NCBI GenBank assembly: GCA_965226555.1
Contig: CBDDDG010000022.1
Span: 64,001-128,000 of the forward strand
Reading direction: 5' to 3'
DNA from: Salinispira sp.
GTDB taxonomy: Bacteria; Spirochaetota; Spirochaetia; DSM-27196; Salinispiraceae
Length of the DNA stretch: 64,000 nucleotides
In this document: piece by piece, positions 40,469-51,547 of the stretch
How the letters are laid out: the number at the start of each line of letters is the position of its first letter
Position numbering within the stretch: position 1 is the stretch's first letter
Program-made: the position numbers and the translations under genes
Notes under the pieces: model-generated
Told to the model about the DNA's origin: nothing
What the model saw: only the letters and a program-made list of their open reading frames with translations
The model's database searches: none

Positions 40469-43400
40469 ATGGAACCGGAAGCTATTGTTATTTCCCGGAT
40501 GCGGGCGGTTATGGTGGAGCTGGAGAAGCGGCTTTTTGCCGAAGTATGCCCGCTTGAGGGGCGCATTACCAGCTCGGCGCGTGCTGCTATTCCGCGCGCG
40601 GAGCTCGGGCAGCGGGAATGGCGGGCAATTGCGCTGGGGGAGAGATGGGGCGAGCCATGGGGACGAGCATGGTTTCTGTTTACCGGAGCTGTGCCCGCGG
40701 AGGTGCGGGAGAGTCCTGAGCGCTATGAAGCTCACATCAACATTGATGCCGAGGGCTGTGTCTATGTGAACGGGAAGCCCCACATCGGGCTTACGCATGG
40801 AGGGGCGCCCGGGGAGTTTTATCTGAAGCGGAAGGTGCCCCTGCGCGCGGAAATGTTTTCCAGAAATAGTGTGGAGATTTTTGTTGATGCCTCGGCGAAT
40901 CGGCTTTTCGGGGTTGCCCCGGGCGAGGATGCCGAGGAGCGAGGGCAGCGCGGAATGTACCGGCTTCGGGAGGCGCGTGTTGTTGCGCCTGATCGCGTGG
41001 TGGAGGGCATGGTTTTCGATATGGGCTTTCTGCTGGAGCTGGCGCTGGCCCTGCCGGAGAGATCGCGGAGGCGCCGAGTTATTCTGCGCTCTCTGAATGA
41101 TGCGGCAAATGTTATGGACAGCGGGGGCGGATACGGGCGGGCAGCGAAGTTGCTGTCGGCGCAGATCCGGGGGCAGGGAGGCGATACGGGCACGGAGGTC
41201 ATTTCGGTGGGGCATAGTCACCTGGATCTCGCGTGGCTGTGGCCGCTGCGGGAAACGCGGCGGAAGGCAGTGCGGACATCTGCAACAATGCTGCGGATGA
41301 TGGAGCGCTATTCCGACTATGTGTTTGGTTTCAGCCAGCCGCAGATGTATGCGTGGATTGCGGAGGACGAGCCCGAGCTGTTCACGGAAATTGCAGCGCG
41401 CGTTAAGGATGGGCGATGGGAATGCTTCGGCGCGCTCTGGGTTGAGCCCGATACGAACATTCCGTCATACGAGTCGCTCATTCGCCAATGTCTGTACGGC
41501 AAGCAGTACTGGAAGAGCACCTTCGGCATTGACTCCACTGTCGCCTGGCTGCCGGATACCTTCGGCTTTACGGCAGCCCTCCCGCAGATACTGAAGGGCT
41601 GCGGCATCGACAATTTTATTACCATCAAATTATCATGGAACGAACGGAACGCCTTTCCTTACCATGCCTTTCAATGGGAGGGAATTGATGGGAGCAGAGT
41701 GAATGCCCACATTCTCCCAACGCACAATTACAATTTCGACAACACTCCGGCGCAGCTTCGGGAGGCCGATTCCCGCTGGGAGGCCGGCGGACTTCTCGAC
41801 AGCTATCTCAATCTCTATGGTATTGGAGATGGGGGCGGCGGTCCCTCCATTGAGCATATTGAGTACGCCCGGCGGGCGGCCGACTGCGAGGGGCTGCCGC
41901 GTGTGACCATGATCGGCACTGACACCTTTTTCAGGGCCTTGCGCGGCGCGGCACCCGCCCTCCCTGTCTGGAAGGGCGAGCTCTACCTTGAACTGCATCG
42001 GGGAACCTATACCACGCAGGCAGAAATTAAGCGCCTGCACGCCCTCATTGAACTCGCCCTCCACGATCTCGAAGCTGTCTCGGTGCTGTACCGCCGCAAT
42101 CCGCCGCCCCAGCTCGAAAGCTGGTGGAAGATCCTGCTTCTCCATGAATTTCACGACATTCTCCCCGGAAGTTCCATTCATGAGGTCTATGTCGAAGCGA
42201 AACAGACACTGGCATCACTTCTGGCCGATGTGACCGGCGCCATACAGAATATTTTTGATATGAGTCCGCCGCCGATCGAACCCGCAACCGGGAATGATCC
42301 TGCACCGGCGCCCGCGGCGCTTACCCTCGTAAATACCAGAGGTATGGCAGATAGTGGCTGGGTTGAGCAGGGATGCGCGCACATTGCCTACGACCTACCG
42401 CCATTTTCCCATGCAGTATTTAACACGGTGCACGGTGAGCTGCCCGGTGAAAGCGCCTCTGAGGCCACGGAGTCCGCAAGGGCCGCAGAGAAGCCGAAAA
42501 CCGGCGAGTTCCTCCGGCAGAACGGCGCGTACATATTGACAAACGGCATTATCAGCCTGCGCATCAATGCCCGCGGGGCCATTACCTCCCTGCGCGATGA
42601 GCGCAACGGGAGAGAACTGCTGGAGGCGCCCGGAGCGCGGTTCCTGCTCTGGAAAGACAAGCCCTTCAATTGGGACGCCTGGGATGTGCCCGGTTATTAT
42701 CGGGAAACCAGCCCCAAAGAAGCTTCCATGACCGGCATTGACCTCATCTTCAACGACACCCGCGGCATCCGTTTGAAACTGAGCTACGCCGTGGGGAAGT
42801 CTTCCTTCACCTGCCTCCTGACCCTGCGTCCGGATTCGCCGCGCATCAATATCGACCTCAGCATCGACTGGCAGGAACGGAGAAAAATGCTGCGCCTGAG
42901 CCTGCCGACATCCATTCGCAGTTCCTTCGTGAACTGCGGAATTCAGGGCGGCTACGTGCAGCGATCCACGCTCATGAACAACTCATGGGAGCAGGCGCAT
43001 TTTGAGGAGCCGGTACATCGTTTTGCCGATATTTCCGATGCCCGGGCAGGTCTCGCGCTGTTTGCCTTCGCAAAATACGGCTTCCATTTCTCCGACTCCC
43101 TCATCGACCTGAACCTGCTGCGTTCTCCAATTGATCCCGACCCGGAAGCCGATGTCGGCACCCACTCCATCCGCCTAGGACTGTACTGTCATAACAACTC
43201 CTTCCATGAATCTGATGTCATAGATATTGCCGAACACTTCCATCACCCGCCGCTTGTCCTGCCCGGGGCGCCGCCTCCCGCCCTTCAGCCCATCCGCATT
43301 GCCTGCATCGACTCCCCGCGCACAACCCTGCGCATTCGCTTGCTGAAACCCGCCGAGTCCGGCGCTGGCAGCATCCTCCGCATTGCCGAAACCCGCGGTT

Positions 43401-43555
43401 GCCCGGGGAGCATCCGCATTGCCCTGCCCGCCGACACAACCCGCGCTCAAATCTGCAACTACCTCGAAGAACCCCTTGAAGACCTTAAAATTATCTCCTC
43501 CGAAATTGAACTCAGCGCCGCCCCCTTTGAGGTCAGAACAGTGCTTCTGACATAA
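40469..43555 (+). CDS. GH38 alpha-mannosidase
   Basis: GHSHLDLAWLWP, WLPDTFG, GDGGGGP, GELYLELHRGTYT, HEFHDILPGSSI. Confidence 0.95.
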   Translation: MEPEAIVISRMRAVMVELEKRLFAEVCPLEGRITSSARAAIPRAELGQREWRAIALGERWGEPWGRAWFLFTGAVPAEVRESPERYEAHINIDAEGCVYVNGKPHIGLTHGGAPGEFYLKRKVPLRAEMFSRNSVEIFVDASANRLFGVAPGEDAEERGQRGMYRLREARVVAPDRVVEGMVFDMGFLLELALALPERSRRRRVILRSLNDAANVMDSGGGYGRAAKLLSAQIRGQGGDTGTEVISVGHSHLDLAWLWPLRETRRKAVRTSATMLRMMERYSDYVFGFSQPQMYAWIAEDEPELFTEIAARVKDGRWECFGALWVEPDTNIPSYESLIRQCLYGKQYWKSTFGIDSTVAWLPDTFGFTAALPQILKGCGIDNFITIKLSWNERNAFPYHAFQWEGIDGSRVNAHILPTHNYNFDNTPAQLREADSRWEAGGLLDSYLNLYGIGDGGGGPSIEHIEYARRAADCEGLPRVTMIGTDTFFRALRGAAPALPVWKGELYLELHRGTYTTQAEIKRLHALIELALHDLEAVSVLYRRNPPPQLESWWKILLLHEFHDILPGSSIHEVYVEAKQTLASLLADVTGAIQNIFDMSPPPIEPATGNDPAPAPAALTLVNTRGMADSGWVEQGCAHIAYDLPPFSHAVFNTVHGELPGESASEATESARAAEKPKTGEFLRQNGAYILTNGIISLRINARGAITSLRDERNGRELLEAPGARFLLWKDKPFNWDAWDVPGYYRETSPKEASMTGIDLIFNDTRGIRLKLSYAVGKSSFTCLLTLRPDSPRINIDLSIDWQERRKMLRLSLPTSIRSSFVNCGIQGGYVQRSTLMNNSWEQAHFEEPVHRFADISDARAGLALFAFAKYGFHFSDSLIDLNLLRSPIDPDPEADVGTHSIRLGLYCHNNSFHESDVIDIAEHFHHPPLVLPGAPPPALQPIRIACIDSPRTTLRIRLLKPAESGAGSILRIAETRGCPGSIRIALPADTTRAQICNYLEEPLEDLKIISSEIELSAAPFEVRTVLLT

Positions 43556-43891
43556 CCAGATCAAGTCGGTCTTTGCGAAAGGCGTTTATTGTATGAAAAT
43601 CCGGGCATTGGGTGCCTGCCGGCGAAAGAAAAATGGAAAGAATGTGGGCACGCAACAGCGGGCATTCAGCACTTTCTCATTTGAGAGTGCTTGAATATCA
43701 ATAACAAAGGATCGAAATGATTGCCTATCTATGAAGGCTAAAAAATGTCAGGAATGCATGATTTTTTTGACAGGATATTGACGAAACTTGTATCCAATTT
43801 ATGGGGATGATGACGGGGCAGCAACAAACAATTCGCGCGCTCGGGCGCTGCCCTCTTGCGGACATCCGCAGGCATGCACATGCTTTCACAT

Positions 43892-45088
43892 TCAAACTAA
43901 GGTAATAAGATATCGAAGAAATTTTTTACTTGTCTCAATGTTGATGTCGTTGTTCGGTTTCAGAATAAGCTCACGTATCGTTTCTCCATGGAATTGAGCC
44001 ACTCCTCGTGAATTTCTCCCTGCCCAATGTTTACGAATATCTGTGGTATTGAGCAAATCAGTTTGAAATACCGATACTAATGCCTGACCAGCAATTTTAT
44101 TTGGGTAAATACCGATAAAATAAAACATGAAAACACTTTTCTCATTGGATAAAAACCTCAGGAACTTATCAATATTGTAGGCCTTGGGAGAAGATTTCAA
44201 AACCATTATCTTTGTTTTAACATCGATGGCTGTATGGTAATCATCAAAAAATTTTGTATAATCGCCTAATTCATTTTTTGTTTTAAACTGAAAGAGTTTT
44301 CCAACATGTTTTCTCAATTCGTCACGGAGTTTACCTCTCATATTCTCATCTTCTCCGATAACGAGATATTCAATTACCCTGCCCCTGATATTCACGTTTT
44401 CTATGAACACAGCTTTGAGAATTTCGTCCTTACAATTATTAACCCTTCTGTTTAATTCAGATGCAAGCGTAATATATTCATTTGATTTGGTGAACTGAAG
44501 AGTTCGTTCGGGGGCTGATAAAATACACGCCTTTTGAGTGGCAGAGACTTCAAACTTACTGCCTGATGGAACAATATTTGTTGTTGCTGCAACAAGACGA
44601 TTGAGAGTATCAGTAAAATTAATTTTCTGATGTATAGCAAAAAGTTTTTCAAAATTTTCCGGGGAATTTTTAAGTCCATTAAATTCTCTCATAATATCGG
44701 CACCATTAAAGCTCCCTCTGATGTTATCAATTCGTAAATCTTGTGAGCTATGGCTGATCTTTTGCAGAAATGTTGAATTTGCCATATAGAGTATGTTTTT
44801 ATTCGGTGTTACAAGACATACAATAAACGGACGTTCATCATATTTTCGCAGAGTCGAAAGGGACAAAACGGTATTCGAAAAACTGTTGGAGGCAGATACA
44901 CTAAAGCGCAGCGCAAAATGTTCTGAATAATATACTGTCCTGTCTCTGGTCAATTTGAATTGCTCTTGTACAGATTCAGCAAGTAATGCCTTATCTGCAA
45001 TGCCGTTCTTTCTTTTAATATATGCTACCAATGCTCTTAGATTACTATTTATGACTATTGGGAACCTCTGGAAACTCGAATTTTTCAT
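43892..45088 (-). CDS. Probable type II restriction endonuclease
   Basis: Immediately downstream of an MTase; PD-(D/E)XK-like E...LGDY...IDVKTK; low GC. Confidence 0.55.
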   Translation of the reverse strand: MKNSSFQRFPIVINSNLRALVAYIKRKNGIADKALLAESVQEQFKLTRDRTVYYSEHFALRFSVSASNSFSNTVLSLSTLRKYDERPFIVCLVTPNKNILYMANSTFLQKISHSSQDLRIDNIRGSFNGADIMREFNGLKNSPENFEKLFAIHQKINFTDTLNRLVAATTNIVPSGSKFEVSATQKACILSAPERTLQFTKSNEYITLASELNRRVNNCKDEILKAVFIENVNIRGRVIEYLVIGEDENMRGKLRDELRKHVGKLFQFKTKNELGDYTKFFDDYHTAIDVKTKIMVLKSSPKAYNIDKFLRFLSNEKSVFMFYFIGIYPNKIAGQALVSVFQTDLLNTTDIRKHWAGRNSRGVAQFHGETIRELILKPNNDINIETSKKFLRYLITLV

Positions 45089-45205
45089 GATTCATTGCGT
45101 AAAACAATGTTGTTTTAAGCTCAATCATGCGGTCACTGGTTAATTTTTTCTGCCAGATATTAGGTTTCCAGAGGTTCCCTATTACTCCTTTCCTGTCATA
45201 TGCAT

Positions 45206-46162
45206 TCATCTTCTCAGCGATCCGCTTTTCATCAGCTCCGCAATCGGGGCGGGCGAATTACGTTCACGGAACACTCCATCAGCATATCCCTGAATTGCGG
45301 AATCGCGCTCTGCCATGGCTAATCGCTTTTCGGTTAAGCAACAGTATTCCTCGCTCATTTCAATGCCAATAAATTTTCTCTTGAGCTTCTTTGCTGTAAC
45401 CGATGTTGTTCCGGAACCGACAAAGGGATCCAGCACCACATCGCCTTCATTTGAGGATGCGAGAATTGCCTTGGCCACAAGTTTTTCGGGCTTCTGGGTC
45501 GGGTGGTCAGTGTTTTCTGGCATTGACCAGAAGGGAATGGTAATATCTGTCCAGAAATTTGAAGGATGCGTTAATCTGAATTTGCCATTGCCATTTTCTG
45601 TCCAGTCCTTCGGTTTGCCGTTGACCGTGTACGGAGCAATGACTTTTCGCTGTAACTTCACCGCATGAACATTGAAGGTGTAATTGTCCGATACTGTTGC
45701 AAACCACATATCCTCCGCGCAATTCTTCCAGTTCCCCAAGGCGCCGCGCCCCTTCTCCCGCTCCCAGGTGATTCTGTTCCGTATCTTAAAATGCCTGTCT
45801 AAAACAGCAAAAATCTGCTGTGAACTCTTCCAGTCGCAGCACACATACATTGACGCAGTCAGCTTGAGCGTGTGCCGTATTGCGAGTATCCAGTTTTCAA
45901 AGGTTTTCTCATACCCATTGGCGGTTTGCGCGCGAAATCTGTTGCCGCCAAAGTTTTTATTCATATTATACGGCGGGTCAATAAAGAGCAGATCAACTGA
46001 AGACTCAGGCAATAAGGGCGCAATTTCGAATATATCGGCATGAATTGTCGTGTTGATACACTTGCCATTGAAGGCTTCTTTTGTCAACAATCGCTTTTTT
46101 AAGATAGCTATTTCGTCCTCTGTCAGATATGTTGTTCTATTGTTCTTTGCCCGTTCTTTCAT
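45206..46162 (-). CDS. Beta-class N4-cytosine/N6-adenine DNA methyltransferase
   Basis: DPPY precedes HPTQKP and LDPFVGSGTT. Confidence 0.93.
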   Translation of the reverse strand: MKERAKNNRTTYLTEDEIAILKKRLLTKEAFNGKCINTTIHADIFEIAPLLPESSVDLLFIDPPYNMNKNFGGNRFRAQTANGYEKTFENWILAIRHTLKLTASMYVCCDWKSSQQIFAVLDRHFKIRNRITWEREKGRGALGNWKNCAEDMWFATVSDNYTFNVHAVKLQRKVIAPYTVNGKPKDWTENGNGKFRLTHPSNFWTDITIPFWSMPENTDHPTQKPEKLVAKAILASSNEGDVVLDPFVGSGTTSVTAKKLKRKFIGIEMSEEYCCLTEKRLAMAERDSAIQGYADGVFRERNSPAPIAELMKSGSLRR

Positions 46163-48951
46163 GGTGATGACTTTAATACAGTATTGAGATACTGTCAAGT
46201 TCAATGACATGGAATATTAATATTTGAGATATCTCCATTTCATTTATTAAAAAAAACAAAGGTTCCCCCACCAGTAAAATGTGCTCTAAAGATCAGACAT
46301 CATATAGCATACCCTGAGGGTTACCTTCCAATATCGTCAAAGCTCTTATCCTATTTAAATGCGGGTGGGCAAATTGATTGCGGTAGCTGCGCAAGCAACC
46401 ATAGCAACTGGAATCGCACCCGCACCCACCTTCCACCCGCTCTTTTGATTTAGCCAGAACATTGCGAAAGATATCGACATCTTCTAGCTGTGCCACCAAT
46501 CCTGCCCCACCGGGAACATTATCATATAAAATGATCGCTATTTCATTCGGATTTTCGCCTTTAGCAATTGTCACATTCAAATCTCTATCTGGCACGCTCA
46601 ATGCTGCTGATGCTCCAAGCATAATTGAATAGGCAACAGAATATGCCTGCCATGGTTCGCAAAGTCCCGGAAACTGTAAACGCACTACATCGGTAACCAG
46701 CTCATGTCCCAATGAATATTTGCCCAATGCACATTCACAATCAGAACCCCAAGGAGTTTTATGTGATGAAGATTGTGGTTTCGTAAAGTGCGCGCCACAG
46801 GAGCGACAGATATAAAACCCCTGTTTTTTCTTGCCCTCACACAGAATAACCAAAGTACCAGGTGATGCTCTTGTTATTTTTATTTCATCAATCAATGTTG
46901 TTTGCGGCAATTCTTCATCCCTAAAACCATCGAAGAATGGTTGGGTAGTATAAAGGCGTTGAGTGCGCCTGTTTGGGATTTTTGGTTTCTTTTGCGCAAC
47001 GAATCCGAATATGGGAATGAGATATTTTTTGCTATTTTCTGATTGAGCGTCTTCTAATTTCTGAAAGTCATAAGCGTTATGGTAAGTGTAGTTTTGAATA
47101 GGACAATTTTTGCCTTTTACTATTTTAATGCCAGACGATACCCATTCTAATTTATTGGCAATTATTTTACTTCCAGCCGCATACTCAGCAATTGCTTGAG
47201 ATAAATCCCGCTGCAATGTAAGTTTATTGTTATCGGTTTCTAGTTCTACAACATCTACCGGAAAACCATACTTGGGAATGACTGCTTTACGGGAGAGAAA
47301 ATTTAATGCCGATTCACCAGAAATGGTGTCTATGCGTTTTTCTATGGCATCAGTCCCTTTGTTCATCGTAAAATGTTCTTGTCTCAATTCTTCCAATTTA
47401 TGATAATCCCCACATACTTCGCTTTCCACATTAGCAAGGCGGCTGTCAGGGCCTGTTATTTTGTCAATCCATGAATCATTGTCAATTCCCATTTTATTGT
47501 GCATGCTTTGAGGAATGATTGCGCGCAACGATCTTTTCAAATAATTATTGGTTTTACAGAATACAAACAGTTCAGATTTCGCAGCAGGATTCTCCCAATC
47601 GTGAATAAAGGATTTAACGTTCTTAAAGCGGTCTTCATTTTCCTTGAAAAAGGCAGATAAAACTGTGGCGACTACGTGTCGTAAAATAATTTTCTCGTTT
47701 GTTACTTGTAAGCGTGGCGGGTGTATTGTGCTGTTAATTATTCGCTCCTCCGGATTTTCATAGTGATAGAGATCATGAGGGTTACGACGGCAGTAGGTTA
47801 TTGCTAATCCTTGAGTATTTCGACGTCCAGCTCTTCCGACACGCTGCGTATAGTTAAAAGGCTCTGGAGGCACATTACGAAGAAAGGTAATTTCCAGATC
47901 GCCCAAATCAACACCAACCTCAAACGTAGTAGAAGAACTGAGCAGATGAATACTCCCCATTTTAAATTCATTTTGCCGTTCTTGAGCAACATTGCTACTA
48001 AGTTGAGCAGTGTGTTCTTCAGACCGCAGCGAATAGGGTAGTTCGGCATTTTCATCGCCATTGTTATATAATGCTTCCCACACACGATCCATAAGTTTTG
48101 TTGTTTCTTTTGTGTTTTTCTTCATCAGATAATTTACTGTTTGCGAGTAAGCGATAAAGAAAATGTTTTACAACAGCAGATTGAGCTCCTCCCCACTGAG
48201 ACACGTTTCGGGTGCTTCTTGGCTGTCCGTAGGTATACGCCCATTGCGGGTATGGAGAAAGTTTTTTCCAATTAGGTGTCTCTGCTTCTGTTGGTAATTC
48301 CATGGCGCGTCGCAAACGCATTTCGTTTAGGAGGTACATTAGCAGGTAATATAATTCATCATCGTTGAAGTTCCATGGAGGTTCCTGCAATGGTATTAAA
48401 TCATCCAATTTTATAAAATGTTCAGGCAGTGCCACAAACCACCGGACTAACCCTACGCCGCTGAGCGATAGCCTCTTTTCCTCCGTCAGGCTTTCCTGCA
48501 ATATTGATGTTAATATGTTCCGCCCTCTTGTTTCCTCTGTGTCATCACTTTTGAATAATCCCGCTTGCGCATATTGCTTGTATAATCTGCTTTTAAGGTC
48601 TTCAACGGATAAACCTTCTTCATTGACAGCTTCTGATCGAATGGCTCGAAGTAAAAAATTACGATCACGCAGTTTTTCGTAAGAATCTTGAGCGTACCAT
48701 GCAAAAAATGCGGCTCCTTGGCGACTGTCGGCAAAGGCCAGCACCTTGCGTCTGCCTTCGGGTAGTGACTCATGGAGGGCAGTAGCAATAACAGCATTAG
48801 GGCCGTCTGTCCCGTGTACAATTTCTTGCACAGGATCTCCAAAACTGCCTCGTTGATAGTCACAAACCTCACATTTCTCCAGTTGGTCAGGATTTTTTTC
48901 GTAAGCTTTGCATTTCCTGACTGATCTTGCTTCGAAAATTCGGACAATCCG

Positions 48952-49857
48952 CTAAGCAACACAACAGGATTCTCCTGCTGTTTTCAAAGCATAATTCATC
49001 GGACTCATATAGTCAAGAGAAGAATGAAGCCTCTCTCGGTTATACCAGTTGATGTATTCAAAAACTATCTTCCGCGCCTCCTGAAGGTTCTGAAACCTCG
49101 GCTTACCAAGCTCATTCTTCAGCGTGTGGAAAAAACTTTCCACAAAGGCATTATCGTAGCAATTCCCCCTTCTCGACATCGACTGGGTAATATGTAACAT
49201 TTCCAGTTTGTCTCGAATGCTCTGCGCGCAATACTGCGTTCCCTGATCTGAATGAAAGACCAAGCTATTCAACTCCCCGGGAGTTCTCCGTACGGCCTGT
49301 AACAGAGCCTTTTCCGTCTGTGTGCTCTCCATGGAATCACTGACATTCCAGCCCGTAATTTCCCGGGTATAGATGTCCAGAACCACAACAAGGTACGCAA
49401 ATCCTGCGCCGGCGGGCAGGTACGTGAGGTCCGATGCCCAGACCTCATTCGCTTTCGTAACCGTGGAGCTTTCAATGCGAAACACCCGCGGAGACTTCTT
49501 CTGGGATGGATTGCTCATTGTTGTTCGCGGGCGATATGCCTTCGTTCTCCCCGCATTGAGCCCCGATTCCCTCATAAGCCGGGCGACTCGGTTCCTCCCG
49601 ATTGCTTCACCATGAAGATGCAGCAGCCGGTGAATTCGGGGCGAACCGTAGCATCCCTTATTTTCAGTATACACACGCAGGATTTTACCCGTAAGCTCAT
49701 CATCCCTGCGGGTGTTTTTGGACGGTTCTCTCTTAAGCCAGTCATAGAATCCCGAGCTGGACACCTTCAGAAGTTTGCAGCATGGTGCAACAGCATGTCC
49801 GGTCTGCTTCAGCTGCTCAATTCCTCGATACTTCATTTCAGGCTCTCCTTTCTGCAA
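48952..49857 (-). CDS. IS3 transposase OrfB (DDE/rve)
   Basis: YGSPRI, WASDLTY, HSDQGTQY, GNCYDNAFVESFF, YNRERLHSSL. Confidence 0.95.
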   Translation of the reverse strand: MQKGEPEMKYRGIEQLKQTGHAVAPCCKLLKVSSSGFYDWLKREPSKNTRRDDELTGKILRVYTENKGCYGSPRIHRLLHLHGEAIGRNRVARLMRESGLNAGRTKAYRPRTTMSNPSQKKSPRVFRIESSTVTKANEVWASDLTYLPAGAGFAYLVVVLDIYTREITGWNVSDSMESTQTEKALLQAVRRTPGELNSLVFHSDQGTQYCAQSIRDKLEMLHITQSMSRRGNCYDNAFVESFFHTLKNELGKPRFQNLQEARKIVFEYINWYNRERLHSSLDYMSPMNYALKTAGESCCVA

Positions 49858-50123
49858 AAAAAAACCATTGCATCATTGAGTATTGCCACCGCCTTTTTCT
49901 CGGCGCGCAGTTCCTTTCTCAATCGTTTGTTCTCGGCCAGGGCTTCCTGAAGTTCCCGAAACTCGGGACCTTTCTGGTCGTTCCGAACCCATTTCGCGAG
50001 GGTATGATAACTTGCTATACCCAGCTTTTCCGTCGCCTGCTTCGTGCCAATTTCTTTGGCAAGCTCCACAGCCTGTTCCTTAAAATCCTCAGCATAGAAT
50101 TTTCTGACTTTCCGTGTTTCCAT
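49833..50123 (-). CDS. IS3 transposase OrfA (HTH + leucine zipper)
   Basis: EDFKEQAV...LGI...TLAKW, ENKRLRKEL; stop overlaps an OrfB ATG (ATGA); U9 run just upstream. Confidence 0.9.
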   Translation of the reverse strand: METRKVRKFYAEDFKEQAVELAKEIGTKQATEKLGIASYHTLAKWVRNDQKGPEFRELQEALAENKRLRKELRAEKKAVAILNDAMVFFCRKESLK

Positions 50124-51547
50124 AACACTCTCCTCTCCCTATAGTATCGTGCTTAGAAGAGTGTCCGTTAAATCGAAGCAAGATCATGACAAAAATTCTT
50201 GCTTCGCGGTTGCAACTACATTTTGGTTCAGATAAAGGATGCAATAATTCACCGCAACAACGGCATAATTCCAAATCTGTTGCGTCTGTTACGGGCAAAT
50301 AGTAATCTACCCCAAAATCTGTTTGACTCGGATCACGATTGGCTTCCACAAGTTTCCCGTTATTTTCTTTACCAACGTAATAGTGCTGTCCACATTCTCG
50401 ACAAAGGGCAATTTCCAGTGGCTTAGCTTTTCCATTGTCGCCTTTACGATTTAGTACTATAATGTCTTTGTTATTTTGATGAAGTAGGAATGCTCCTTCC
50501 AATGCGCGCAAAAACGCATGGAGTCGAGGGTGTTTTTTCGCTGGTATTGATTCACCAAAAGTAACGCCGGAATCAGAGAATGATTCTTCAAAGAGTTCCT
50601 GCGCAAAACCCGCAACAATTTTTTTATTATTGTCATTTTTGCTGGAGACAAGGGTGGCGCTTGTAGCGATACATCGAAAAGAATCTTTTTTTCCGCCATC
50701 GTACAATCGTTGTTTGAGGCGTCGAATTAACATGCCCATTTCCATGCCCTTGGTTCCACGGTACTGATGCGCTTCGTCAAGCACAATGAATTGCCAGTTG
50801 GCGCCTTTTCCGTTATCAAACAATGGACTATCATTTGGACGAATAAGTAGATATTCCAGCATTGAATAGTTGGTTAGCAAAATATGCGGAGGATTTGCCC
50901 GCATGTCCTTTCTAAAAATTAACTCTCCCGGATGAGGTTGCTGATCTGTTCCATTGCGGTACCGATTATTCTTATTCTCTGGTGTCTGCCCAATATATTG
51001 TCCAAACGTTGGCAAGAAGGAAGAATTATTTTCTTGTAATTTTTGACATATATCTCCAATCCGTTCGCGCTGATCATTTGCGAGAGCATTCATCGGATAT
51101 AGAATTAAAGCCCGAACTCCGGGATCGCTAAGCTTTCCATTCAAATGCTGCTTATATAACTCAAAAAAGATAGGGTAGAGAAAACACTCCGTTTTACCAC
51201 TGGCGGTGCCAGTTGCAATAACGGTATTTTCATTGTTCTCACACATGGCACGGATAGCATGTTCCTGATGAGAGTAGAGTTCCCTGTCAGCTAGAGCAGG
51301 AATAAGATGATTGGCTTCATTGCCAAAGTATTCTTGCGCAAGCCTGCGCGCATTTAATCCTTTCCTGAAGTCCTTTTGTTCTTCAGGGGTCACCTTCTTT
51401 AATAACTGATTCTCTTGCTCTAAGGCGGCTTGAAAAGATGCTCTCAGCGCCGGATCTTTGAAGAAAAATGAAGTTTTCAGGTAACTTTCATATCGACTAC
51501 GAACTTTTTCACAGATTTTATCAGGGGTGAGTACAGATTGGCTATTA

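Larger units (their letters stand above)
48922..50186 (-). mobile_element. Complete IS3-family insertion sequence (1265 bp)
   Basis: Terminal IRs TGATCTTGCTTCGA(aaatt/tttaa)CGGACA; 4-bp TSD TGAC at 48918-48921 and 50187-50190. Confidence 0.96.

Noticed and set aside
26995..43564. Long antisense or overlapping ORFs (e.g. 35613-36467, 40379-41221, 32486-33070, 26995-27636)
   Set aside because: Shadow ORFs of well-supported genes, with no recognisable motifs
43664..43696. CIRCE-like inverted repeat TCAGCACTT...GAGTGCTTG
   Set aside because: Spacer is one base too long, arms are imperfect, and it lies between convergent genes with no chaperone gene; more likely a terminator-type hairpin
46293..48125. 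Stand-alone DISARM DrmB
   Set aside because: It is the C-terminal fragment of one larger helicase; no drmA/C/D seen
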